DNA from: Strigamia acuminata | Taxonomy: Eukaryota | Assembly: GCA_949358305.1 (NCBI GenBank) | Contig: OX442314.1 | Location: forward strand, 27,094,001 to 27,158,000 | Reading direction: 5' to 3' | DNA length: 64,000 nt | Shown here: positions 43,342 through 53,899 of the stretch, one piece after another | How positions within the stretch are numbered: the stretch's first letter is position 1 | Layout of the letters: every line of letters begins with the position of its first letter | Made by a program: the position numbers and the translations under genes | The notes under the pieces: model-generated | Told to the model about the DNA's origin: nothing | Database searches by the model: none | The model's input: the letters and a program-made list of their open reading frames with translations, nothing else

Positions 43342-46300
43342 TGTGGAAACTGGAGTTCCTGTAGAAGCCAACGTTTAGGGGGGAATTGGAGGTGGCGCAA
43401 TGTTTGGCCACCAGAGGGTCACTTCGGTGACACACTCTGTATTGGGACATTTTATTAATGGATTAAGGGTGGGGAATAGAACATTTACCTATTTCCTGTT
43501 TTAAATAAAATATTCACTGTTCAAATGTAAACCATTGACTTCGGTTGTGTTTTTTTGCATCTGCTACAATCACTTGAATCCAAACCCATCGAATCGAAAA
43601 TAACATTTATTTAACATTCTTCAGTACAAAATAGTTGATAGAAGTATCATTGGTGCCGAAACCCGGGAGAGAATTTATCTAAAACGAACCAGAAGATCGA
43701 CACAATGGATAATTTGGAAAAGTTCAGAAAACAAAGGAATGCAGCGAGGGAAAACGTGCGCGGATTGTTCAACAACTTGAGGAACGCAATAAAGGAAGAT
43801 CCAGTAAACGAGGTGAAACTTTTTTGTATACAAGAACAATTGCAGACCAAACGGACGAAAATCGATAAGTTGGACGTATTGGTGGCTGACGAAATTACTG
43901 ACCCAAACGAGATTGAACAAGACGCGACGGAAACAGACGAATTTTTGGACGAGATGATCGCCGCAAAAGTAACTTTGGAAATTACCATCAAAGAAATACA
44001 ACTAATGAAAAAGCAAGTACCAACAATCAATTTACCACTAACTAATCCCATCGTACCTGTACCGAATCCGGCGGAACACTGCACGAGCATGAAATTGCCG
44101 AAACTAGAAATCAAGAAGTTCAATGGGACACCCGAAACGTGGACGAAATTTTGGTCGAGCTATCAACTGAGCGTTCATAACAACTCCGCATTACCCAAGA
44201 CCGCGAAGTTTGTCTATTTACGCACGATGGTCGAAGGACTTGCAGAAAACGCCATCAACGGACTCGAAGTGACCGACGCAAACTACGACAGCGCCATTGC
44301 CCTCTTGACCAGTCGATTCGGGAAGAAAGAACAGATCGTGAGTGCTCATATGTCTAAATTTTTAGAAATCGAACCAGTAAAACGAGTCGAGGACGTGGCA
44401 GCGATGAGAAAGCTGTACGATTTCTGCGACTTACCCGTGAAAAGCCTTGAAAATCTTGGAGTAGCGGCAGAAACGTTTGGAGCATTGCTGTGTCCGATTA
44501 TCGCAAGAGCCACCCCGGATTCGATACAACACGACTTTGCACGACCACGAGGAGACGTACCATGGGTGTTGAAAGATTTTATGGAGTTTTTTCGCTTCGA
44601 AATTGAAATGAGAGAGAGAACTGAAACAATGAACAAGAAGGCGAAAGAAATATCAACAATCAAGAAAGAAGAGGTAACTAAGAAACTGAATACGAAAACT
44701 AATCCACTTGGCTCCGCCGCAGCGTTGGCAGCGATTACGTACAAATGTACATTCTGTCAAAAAGAAGAACACACGAGTCCAGACTGTCCGCTGACTCTTG
44801 CCGAACGAAAAGCTGCGTGCATGAAGTTTCGAAGATGTTATCGCTGTCTCAAAGAGGGACACATCGCATCCAAGTGCAAAACCCGATTTCGATGCAAGAA
44901 ATGCGAAAAGAATCACCACACCTACCTGTGCGACGCTGAAGAGAAGAAACCAATCGAGACACTGACCTCATCCGCCGTTTTGGAGCAGGAACACCCGGTA
45001 TCCGTAATGTTTTTGCAAGTACTCGTTGTAGATGCGTGCGGACAATCGAAAAGGCGTAAAGTACAGTGTTTTTTGGATGGCGGGTCGCAAAAGACATTTA
45101 TTACGGAGAAATTGTCTCGAGAACTTAACTTGGAACGAGTTGGCGAACAAGATATCGCACTATTGACTTTCGGAGCGACCGAGCCAACAATTGCGAAGAG
45201 AAATCGAGTGAAACTGTTAATGAATAATTGCGATAATGTTGCCTTTAATTTAGAAGTCGAAGCACTAGAAACTCCGTGGATCACGCCAGCGTTGAAGGGA
45301 CAGACTGACCAGAGTATACTGAACGAACTGAAGAAACACAACATCAAATTGGCAAACAACGGCAGTACTCTAGTGGACGATGGAGTTTCGATTTTGATCG
45401 GAGTGGACAATTTTTGGAAAGTGACCACCGGAAAACAACACCGACTTGGAGAAAATTTAATGGCAATAGAAACGATTTTCGGTTGGACTTTGCACGGCTC
45501 ATCTGGGGAGAATAAAGAGACAGTATCGGCGCTCGTACGAGTAAATAAAATCCTCGTAATTGACAATACTAATGAGCTTTTGGAGAAATTTTGGAGTTTG
45601 GAGGCAATCGGAATTAAACACGAAACCGTGGACCAAAACGAAGACGAGGAACAAACGTTGAGGCGATTCAAGGAAAGCATCGAGTGGGTAAAAGATCACT
45701 ACGAAGTCGAACTACCGTGGAAATTGAACGCCAAAGAACTGGACGACAACCGACAACCAGCATTGAAGAGATTTTGGAGTTTGGTCAACCGATTTAGAAA
45801 AAATCCGAAACTGTATCTACAATACAAAGAAGTGATCGCGGAACAACTTAGAACTGGAATCGTCGAGGAAGTACCACAAGAAACCAGAGAAAATAACCCA
45901 ATTTATTATATTCCACACAGACCCGTGATCGACGAGACAAGAGCAACGACCAAACACAGAATTGTGTACGACGCATCATCACACGGGAAAGGATGCTTCT
46001 CGTTGAACGATTGTTTATACAAAGGACCGAATTTATTGCCAAAATTACTAAATGTGATTCTCAAATTTAGAACAGGAATCATTGCAGCCATCGCGGATAT
46101 TGAAAAAGCTTTCCATCGTATCCATTTGAAGAAAAAGGAGCGCGACGTCATGAGATTTCTTTGGCTCGAGGAAAACTGGAATGGAACCGAACCGGCGAAA
46201 ATAAGAGAACTCAGGCAAACCCGAGTACCGTTCGGCACATCTCCCAGCCCTTTTCTCCTCTCGGCCACCATCGATCATCATGTCGAGGACTTCAAAGAAG

Positions 46301-49131
46301 AATATCCGGAAACGTGCAAGCGATTAGAGGACGATCGGTATGTAGACGACCTCGTTTCAAGTATCAACAAGTTAAAAACCTCTATAAAACTGTACCGTGA
46401 AAGTTGTGAAATTTTGAGAAAAGCAGATATGAGACTAACAAAGTGGAAGACTAACTGTGAACAACTGAGAAAAATAATTGTAACTGATGACCCGACTTGT
46501 GAAGAATCTCTCTCTCAACAAGAGATTAAAGTTTTGGGGGTGGGGTGGAACACAAGAACCGATGAATTAAGTTTAGACATTGCGGAATTAATTAACGGGG
46601 TCGAATTAACTAAATACACAAAACGATCAATTATTAGAACAACAGCTATGATTTTAGACCCATTGGGATTTGCTCATCCCTTTGTGGTCACGGCTAAGAT
46701 TTTATTCCAGGAATTATGGAAACTTGGGGTTGATTGGGACGAGAAAATCCCAGAATATGTGAAAAAAACTTGGGAAGAATGGTGTGCTCAAATACCATAT
46801 CTAAATGATTTAAAAATTCCACGGTATTTATTAAACTGGGGAGGAATTAATGTAAAGAGAGAAATTCACATCTTCTGCGACGCCAGTCCTCGGGCATATG
46901 GCGTGGTAGCTTATGCTCGAGTCCTGGACTCGAATACAAGTGCAATTAACATTTCCTTTATCGTTTCTAAATGCAGAGTAGCACCGCTCAAGGAACTAAC
47001 CCTTCCTAAACTAGAACTGATGGGAGCATTGCTGGCAGCCCGACTTGTGCCGACGCTGCAGTCGACAATCGGATACGACAATGTAACAATTTGGACCGAC
47101 TCGAAAATAGTGCTACATTGGCTGCGAGAAACGAAGAACCGTCCAGTCACATTTGTCTTCAATCGTGTAAAAGAGATCGGAGAGACAGTAAACACCAGCT
47201 GTTGGCGCCACTGCCCGGGCAAGGAGAATCCGGCAGACCTACTAACACGGGGCGTAACGGTACAAGAACTAACAAATAGTGATTTTTGGCAGAAAGGACC
47301 GCAGTGGTTGAGTGGCGACGATTCGAATTGGCCAACGGAAACTGACATTATGAAAACAACGGATTCGAACGAGGAAGTCCAAGTGAACGCGATAAGTGAA
47401 CCAATCCAGATAATTGACTACACAAGGTTCAGTCGATGGTTGAAATTAAAGAAAACGACTGCGTGGGTATTACGGTTTGTTAAAAACTTGCGAATTAAGG
47501 ATAAAATCACGGGAGAATTGAGCGGAGACGAGATTGAAAAAGGAGAGAGATACTGGATAAAATATTTGCAAAACTTTTATTTTCATCAAGAACTAAAGTG
47601 TCTACAGAAAGGAGAACTCGTAGAGAAAACCTCACCGCTGTTACAGTTTTCCCCGACGATAGACGAGAACGAATTGATGCGTGCAACACACAGATGGGCG
47701 CTAGCAGAAATTGAACGCGACATCCGAGAGCCATACATTTTGCCGTGTAACAATTATATAACGAATTTGATTATTACAGAAGAGCACGAACGAACAATGC
47801 ATGGAGGACTGGCAGACACGCTCAGTAGTTTTCGCGAACGATTTTGGATCCCACGAGCTAGGAAAACAATCAAGGCGGTACTGAGTAAATGCGTACTCTG
47901 CCGAAAAATGCAGGGACGATTGGCGAAGGAGCGATGGGGACTGATGCCACTTGACCGCATAACTCCGAGTGCACCATTCGAGACAAGCGGCGTGGATTTT
48001 GCGGGACCGCTGTACTCCAATCAAGGTGAAAAACTTTATATCGCATTATTCACGTGCGCGGTCACGAGAGCCGTGCACTTGGAGATACTTTCAAATTTAT
48101 CAACGGATCGATTCGTGGACACGTTTAAACGATTTGTGGGCAGGAGAGGGATCCCGACGACCATTTATTCAGACAACGCCAAAACTTTCAAAAGAGCCGA
48201 TCGCGAGTTGAATGTGTTTTTAAACGAAGTGTTGGTGGGTCGATTTCGACAATTTCTAGACGTGCGGAAAATTACGTGGAAGTTCATCGTTGAGACCGCG
48301 CCGTGGTGGGGCGGTTTTTGGGAACGCATGGTGCGGTCGGTGAAAATCGCTTTAAAGAAGACAATCGGACGCACGTCTCTGAGCTACGAGGGGCTTTCAA
48401 CTGTGTTAGTTGAAGTAGAGGCTGTGATAAACTCACGGCCATTGACGTACGTCTACGATAGTCCAACCGAACCGGATCCACTCACGCCCGCACATTTTCT
48501 TGTGGGAAAGCGTCTAATCAGTTTACCTAACGTTCCTAGCACTGTAGATCGACCGGAGACACAGGCCCAGATTTTACGAATTTGGAAACAACGCCAGACG
48601 ATTATTGCCCATTTCTGGAAAAGATGGACTCACGAATACCTCGTCGAGCTTCGTCAGCAAAAAGGAAATTCGAGCAACACGAAGTTTCGAGTAGGCGACT
48701 TGGCTTTAATCGAGGACCAGAACCAGCCAAGACTTACTTGGAAAATCGGAAGAATAACCGACGTAAAAGTCGGTCGCGACGGATTAATTAGATCTTGTGA
48801 ATTACAGCTTCCTAACCGAACAAGACTTCGTCGACCGATTCAACGACTATGTCCCCTCGAGATCGAAAACGAGTTGGAACGTCCCTGGGAGGGGGGGACT
48901 GTGGAAACTGGAGTTCCTGTAGAAGCCAACGTTTAGGGGGAAATTGGAGGTGGCGCAATGTTTGGCCACCAGAGGGTCACTTCGGTGACACACTCTGTAT
49001 TGGGACATTTTATTTTATTTATTTTTTTTTTTTTTTTTACATCTGCTACAATCACTTGAATCCAAACCCATCGAATCGAAAATAATATTTATTTAACATT
49101 CTTCAGTACAAAATAGTTGATAGAAGTATCA
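43342..49131 (+). mobile_element. Full-length BEL/Pao LTR retrotransposon
   Basis: LTRs 43342-43649 and 48900-49131 (TG...CA), TSD GAGTG, PBS TGGTGCCGAAACCCGGGA (tRNA-Phe) at 43651-43668, PPT GGGAGGGGGGGAC. Confidence 0.97.
43705..48936 (+). CDS. BEL/Pao gag-pol polyprotein, 1743 aa, intact
   Basis: Triple Cys/His gag knuckles, PR FLDGGSQ, RT ADIEKAF/YVDD, Pao RNase H HIFCDAS..NPADLLTRG, IN GVDFAGP/SDNA/WERMV. Stop codon lies inside the 3' LTR. Confidence 0.96.
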   Translation: MDNLEKFRKQRNAARENVRGLFNNLRNAIKEDPVNEVKLFCIQEQLQTKRTKIDKLDVLVADEITDPNEIEQDATETDEFLDEMIAAKVTLEITIKEIQLMKKQVPTINLPLTNPIVPVPNPAEHCTSMKLPKLEIKKFNGTPETWTKFWSSYQLSVHNNSALPKTAKFVYLRTMVEGLAENAINGLEVTDANYDSAIALLTSRFGKKEQIVSAHMSKFLEIEPVKRVEDVAAMRKLYDFCDLPVKSLENLGVAAETFGALLCPIIARATPDSIQHDFARPRGDVPWVLKDFMEFFRFEIEMRERTETMNKKAKEISTIKKEEVTKKLNTKTNPLGSAAALAAITYKCTFCQKEEHTSPDCPLTLAERKAACMKFRRCYRCLKEGHIASKCKTRFRCKKCEKNHHTYLCDAEEKKPIETLTSSAVLEQEHPVSVMFLQVLVVDACGQSKRRKVQCFLDGGSQKTFITEKLSRELNLERVGEQDIALLTFGATEPTIAKRNRVKLLMNNCDNVAFNLEVEALETPWITPALKGQTDQSILNELKKHNIKLANNGSTLVDDGVSILIGVDNFWKVTTGKQHRLGENLMAIETIFGWTLHGSSGENKETVSALVRVNKILVIDNTNELLEKFWSLEAIGIKHETVDQNEDEEQTLRRFKESIEWVKDHYEVELPWKLNAKELDDNRQPALKRFWSLVNRFRKNPKLYLQYKEVIAEQLRTGIVEEVPQETRENNPIYYIPHRPVIDETRATTKHRIVYDASSHGKGCFSLNDCLYKGPNLLPKLLNVILKFRTGIIAAIADIEKAFHRIHLKKKERDVMRFLWLEENWNGTEPAKIRELRQTRVPFGTSPSPFLLSATIDHHVEDFKEEYPETCKRLEDDRYVDDLVSSINKLKTSIKLYRESCEILRKADMRLTKWKTNCEQLRKIIVTDDPTCEESLSQQEIKVLGVGWNTRTDELSLDIAELINGVELTKYTKRSIIRTTAMILDPLGFAHPFVVTAKILFQELWKLGVDWDEKIPEYVKKTWEEWCAQIPYLNDLKIPRYLLNWGGINVKREIHIFCDASPRAYGVVAYARVLDSNTSAINISFIVSKCRVAPLKELTLPKLELMGALLAARLVPTLQSTIGYDNVTIWTDSKIVLHWLRETKNRPVTFVFNRVKEIGETVNTSCWRHCPGKENPADLLTRGVTVQELTNSDFWQKGPQWLSGDDSNWPTETDIMKTTDSNEEVQVNAISEPIQIIDYTRFSRWLKLKKTTAWVLRFVKNLRIKDKITGELSGDEIEKGERYWIKYLQNFYFHQELKCLQKGELVEKTSPLLQFSPTIDENELMRATHRWALAEIERDIREPYILPCNNYITNLIITEEHERTMHGGLADTLSSFRERFWIPRARKTIKAVLSKCVLCRKMQGRLAKERWGLMPLDRITPSAPFETSGVDFAGPLYSNQGEKLYIALFTCAVTRAVHLEILSNLSTDRFVDTFKRFVGRRGIPTTIYSDNAKTFKRADRELNVFLNEVLVGRFRQFLDVRKITWKFIVETAPWWGGFWERMVRSVKIALKKTIGRTSLSYEGLSTVLVEVEAVINSRPLTYVYDSPTEPDPLTPAHFLVGKRLISLPNVPSTVDRPETQAQILRIWKQRQTIIAHFWKRWTHEYLVELRQQKGNSSNTKFRVGDLALIEDQNQPRLTWKIGRITDVKVGRDGLIRSCELQLPNRTRLRRPIQRLCPLEIENELERPWEGGTVETGVPVEANV

Positions 49132-51085
49132 GAGTGTAAACATACACTTTTTAACTTTAACGTGGAAAACGGGAGAAAACACATGAATCTCGTGTTTTTT
49201 CGCGTTTTCCCGAGTACCGCGAGAGTACCGCAAAATTCCGGTACCGGTACTGTACCGGTACTGCGGTACTTTTTGAGGAAGCAGCACGTACATTTCAGCG
49301 TCGGCGCAAGTACTGCGTACTTGTACCGCGTTACACGTTAGGTGTACCGCGCCCAACACTGCCTGGAACTAGTTCTGAGCTTAGGTTGGATCCATAATGG
49401 CTGACCTAGATTCACCTGCACATTTTTATGCGAATCGTGTCGCGAGGCCATTTTGACGTCATCAAAAATGACGTCAGGTCACAGCTGATTGACAGCGATG
49501 AAAGTCGCAGACCAAAAAGTACTTGGTGCATGTACTTTGTGGTCTGCGATTTTGATTGCAGCCAATCTGGTGTGACCTGATGTGATTTTTGATGACGTCA
49601 AATTCGCTTTGCAAGGCGGCCGAATCGCATCACGCCTAGTGTGCCCCCAGCATCATGGCTGTTGTACTAGTAGATGCAACTCGAATTTGTATTTGGAAAT
49701 AGTCAAATTTACCTCAGTACAACGATGGAACAGGATGTAAACTGATTAAGAACGATGATGGAAAGAAGCTCGCGCACACGTTAGATTGCATGAATACAGT
49801 GAATATTAGAAGAAAAAAAATATTGAAAAAAGTTATTAAGACTTCAGGTTGGTGTGTGACTTTTTGCCCACACTGTACTAGTACATACGAATTTATATAT
49901 TTCAGTGAGTATTCATTTTGATTTAATACATATCGTCTTGCGAGTCAGATGTCAAAAGAACAGAAAGATTGTGAGGTCTTTCTGTATAGTTGTCACTTTG
50001 TTGAAACACTTTCTTGATTAGTTTAAACGATGACAAAACTACAACACGTTCACTTGCAATATGGATTCTGTAAACAGGTAATTAGTAAAACCAATACAAA
50101 TATACTAAAAAATAATCAGACAGCTAATTTTTTTAATTCTTCATGCCACTATCAACTATTTAATTCAAAGTCAGAAAATAGATATATTCGAGACTATTCA
50201 GTATACCAGTATGCATAAGAGCGTAAGCGCTACATGCTCAAGCGCTAATAAATAATACTCCGTAATAATAATAATAATAATAATAAATAGTTTAATACTA
50301 AATATAAAGATTAAGGAGGTGCCCCCAACAGCGATAAGCCTACAAGGAAGGACACCCCACATACAAAGAAGACGTTAAACAATGCAATGCAAAATCAGAA
50401 GATAAAAAACTTATTCACTCACTGAATTCGCCAAACACATGTGCACATCACGCAGAGTAGAAGAAAAAATATCTCTCAGACAAATAATAGTTGCAACTTG
50501 TGACCGCTTGGCCACCCTCGGTGACCTTCATCACTCCACACACCATCTAGTTGCCCCAAGGTCGTCTTTCCTTGCGGGGCAGATTGAACCAGCTGGGGCG
50601 GAGTGAGCTGAGTTGTGTGGTGAGAGAGAGAGAGATGTTGCTGGGAGAGCAGAGAGGAAGGACGTGCGGTAATGGAAGAGAAGTGTGTGCCGCTAAGGTT
50701 CCAACGCCGGCATAGGCAAACCTGCTTGCTGCCGACTCTGCTCCTCTCACCATTCATCACTGTGATGCTCAGGGACAAGAATTGGAGCCTGTTGCAGCCT
50801 TCATGGGTGGCTACATGGATCGTACTGGGTGAGTACGATAGAATGTTCATCCAGAGTGACCGACCACATTACCATGGGGTTTAGGCCCTGTGTGTGACGG
50901 GTTGGTTGCTGGTTTAGCGTGCCTAACAGCACTGCCACACATGGATAGATAGGAGACTTCAACCTCTAGACAACGATTAAAGGCTACAACTCAACAGTCT
51001 GGAGTCTCTGTCTTATTCTCAAGTGAGTATGCGTCCCTCCCATTGTAGTAAATCTCCATACTGCAGTGGGTAAGACCATATCTAG

Positions 51086-51540
51086 TCATAAACTATTCAT
51101 AATACGGCGCACAGCAGCAAAAAGGGCAATGGAATGGGTAGGACGCAGGGAAGGAAGTCTCAGGCAAAAAAGCATCAGAATGTCAGGGGCATACAAAAGG
51201 TCCCTCAAAATACGATATGCAAAGACACAATCAGCCTTCTGCATAGCGAGCGATGAGGTGATCAACTTCAATTGTTCAAGAACAGAGACGTCGGTGTACA
51301 GAACACCCGCACCCAAAAAACGCTGAAAAATATTCCAGGCTAAATGCCGCTGGACTCCCTCCAGCTGTTGACGCAAGTAGGGAGCACAACCGCACCAAAA
51401 GAGACTGGCAAACAATATATGTGACTTGACCAAAAGCATGAAGAGGAGACGCAGTGGGACATAAGAATTGAAAGAAAACAAAAGACTATAAATTATACCA
51501 AAAAAACCTAGCACAACACGAAATAACCCCAGCAACATGG
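51086..51540 (-). mobile_element. Degenerate 3' fragment of a CR1/L2-like LINE ORF2
   Basis: LFMLLVKSHILFASLFW...LEGVQR resembles the LY.SLVRS.LEYAS.VW...LE.VQR motif. A possible (TTA)n tail lies at about 50265-50290. Confidence 0.55.
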
Positions 51541-51781
51541 AACTTTTGTTCAAAAAATCCCCAAACGACCCCCAAATGACCCTCCAACGATCCCCAAAAG
51601 ACCTCCAAACAACCTCCAAACGATTCCCAAACGACTCCCAAACAACACATCAAAGGGTTTCATTAAATGACCGATTAGTTGATTGCTTTGATTACTTTGA
51701 TTAGTTGATTACTAGATGTGTCAGTGTGACTGGATTCAACCAATCCCGAGAATAATCATTTCATCAAATAAACAACTAAGC

Positions 51782-53863
51782 TGTGACGATTAACTTTGCG
51801 AGATACAATTGCTAGAGAATTAGAACGAGAACTCGTGTGAAAGTGTAAAATACGGAGGCTTGTGATTTCTCAAATCATATGACAGTTTATTACGAATTCA
51901 AGACTATATAAAACCTATGCCTACAAATGGCTAAATAACTTCATGTTAAACTATACACTTGGTTTGGCAAAAGCCCTGAAATAATATCACTTGCGGTTTT
52001 CAGTCGGATAACAAGAATGTGTAATGGTCTTGTTATCGGGACGTAAAAGATGTCGTCTTATACATGGTTCTGGCTTCCAAATGGTTCCGGGTCGGTTCTA
52101 AAAGGGGTGTGTAATGGTTAGGCTTGGGTGTGTTATATCCGAGAGGTGCGGTTGACTTTGCCACAATGTAATTATTATATTATTAATAATTACACAGCGC
52201 GATCATAAAAAATGATGAAACAATTGGAATAAATATTCATGTAAATTCCATTGAATTTAAACATGATATTGTGTTTACGAAGCTGAATAGATAACTGTAA
52301 AAATAAAGAAATAATTAAAATAGCGCCGAGCTATTTTTGCCCCAAGTGCAAGCAACATTTAAGCCTTGCTCAAATGTTCCATCAACCAACAGCGAATTGA
52401 ATCAAGCAGTTTCTCGCAGGAAAGGTTATCCATTGCTGGGAAATTACTCCACTCGGTTTTGGCTGGCGGGAGAGTAACCGGGAAATTACTCCGCGTCGAT
52501 TACCCTGATAATGCGTCTGTGAAATATAAATACTCCACTCTAGATACTACATTACCAATGCGTCTGTGAATTTTACTCCACTCTAGATTCTGCATTCTAC
52601 AACGGAATGTTGGCATGAAGCTGGAGGGAGTGCGTCTGTGAGTTGTACCCCACTCTAGATTCTACACTTAAATGTGTCTGTGAATTACTCATTCTAGTTA
52701 CTACATTTCTACAATGGAATGTTGGCATGAAGAGGCGGGCAATGTGTCTGTGAGTCTTCTACCCACTCTAGATACTTACACTAAATACAAAGTATTTCTT
52801 CAACGGATTGTCGGAACGCAGAGAAGTATAATATGTGCTCAAGTTGTCGCGCTCAACTCTAACCGTCGCTAACTCGTGGGTTGATTACTTAATTCGACTA
52901 ACTCACTACCGCTTTGCTCAAGCGGTTTACCCAAAGAAATGATTACACAGATATAAAAGGTAAAATATAATATAGATTTATTCTGTGGGACAATGTACAG
53001 ATATATCTTATATATATATATATATAAAAGGTAGGTAAAAGGTAAATCGGAATGGGTGAAGGGAAATGGAAAGGTAAAGGTATGATGAAAGCTGGCTGGA
53101 ATCGGCGAGGTCGTCTGTTGTCTCGGTCGTGTCCAAGATGGCGTCCTCGTTGTGGCAACGTGGTGTCGTCTTGGGCCGGCGTGGCAATATGGCGTCCTCG
53201 GCTCGTCTCTGGCTGGTCCTTCGGGCTCACGCTGGTCGGGCGCGAGTGAATGCTTAGTTAAAAGGCTTACTTCGGGCTGTTGTCTAGGTTTTTGTGTGGT
53301 GTCCGGCGATCACACAGCGGCGGACTCTTCTGGCTCCCGGCGGTCACACAGCGGCGGGAACGCTCGTCGTGGTTTTACTGCAGTTTAGGCTTGTGCGACC
53401 GTTTGTCTGCACAACTCGCTAAACTGGAGTGGTTTTTACTATTTCTAGCTGGTGTGCTAAAATAGTGTGGTAATCTTATCTCGCAGGTTACTCTGCGGAG
53501 TTTGACACTGACCAAACGTACTCACGGTAAATTGTCCTTTGTCCTTGGTCAATCCCAGTATATTTACTTGGGCCTGATCTTGTAGGACGACGGGTTTACG
53601 TGTGTTTCTCGTTTGATGGTTGTGTTGGTTCTGCCCGCTCAGTGCAAGGCACATTCCTTTGCACAAAGCGGGGTCGACAGGTGACCGGAATCACCCAATG
53701 GTGGGGTGGACGAGCCATCCCCACTCCCTCAGGGCAGACGCCTGTCCATTGACTAGATGTCAATGCACTGAGGGAAGGGAGACGCGCTTGCGGCTCCCCT
53801 TACACCCGAAACGAGGTCACGAGAGAAACTCTTCGTTGACCCCGGTCCAGTCGGGTCACAACA
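51782..53863 (-). repeat. Gypsy-B 3' LTR (about 2.08 kb)
   Basis: Termini resemble those of Gypsy-A (TGT.GTGACC ... ATCG.C.CA). The partner LTR is outside the window. Confidence 0.75.
52509..52782 (-). ncRNA. Array of five hairpins with a conserved internal loop and AGA bulge in the Gypsy-B LTR; putative cis-acting RNA element
   Basis: Units at 52509-52554, 52557-52596, 52629-52668, 52670-52708 and 52741-52782. G-U pairs fall on the minus (element sense) strand. Confidence 0.65.
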
Positions 53864-53899
53864 CTTCCCCCTCCGAGCTCAGACCGTGGGGCTGAGCGA

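Larger units (their letters stand above)
39693..50067 (-). pseudogene. CYP unit 7: exons 2-8 in window, with the same exon-6 frameshift, a damaged exon-2 donor, BEL in intron 2 and Gypsy-B upstream of exon 2
   Basis: Exon 6 (40172-40428) is 257 nt. Exon 2 ends CAAGACGATATGT instead of CAAGAAG|GTACTTGTATGT. Exon 1 was not found before the window end. Confidence 0.82.

Noticed and set aside
43647..48481. Many short antisense or overlapping ORFs within the BEL, Copia and Gypsy coding regions
   Set aside because: Shadow ORFs of long reading frames with no independent motifs.
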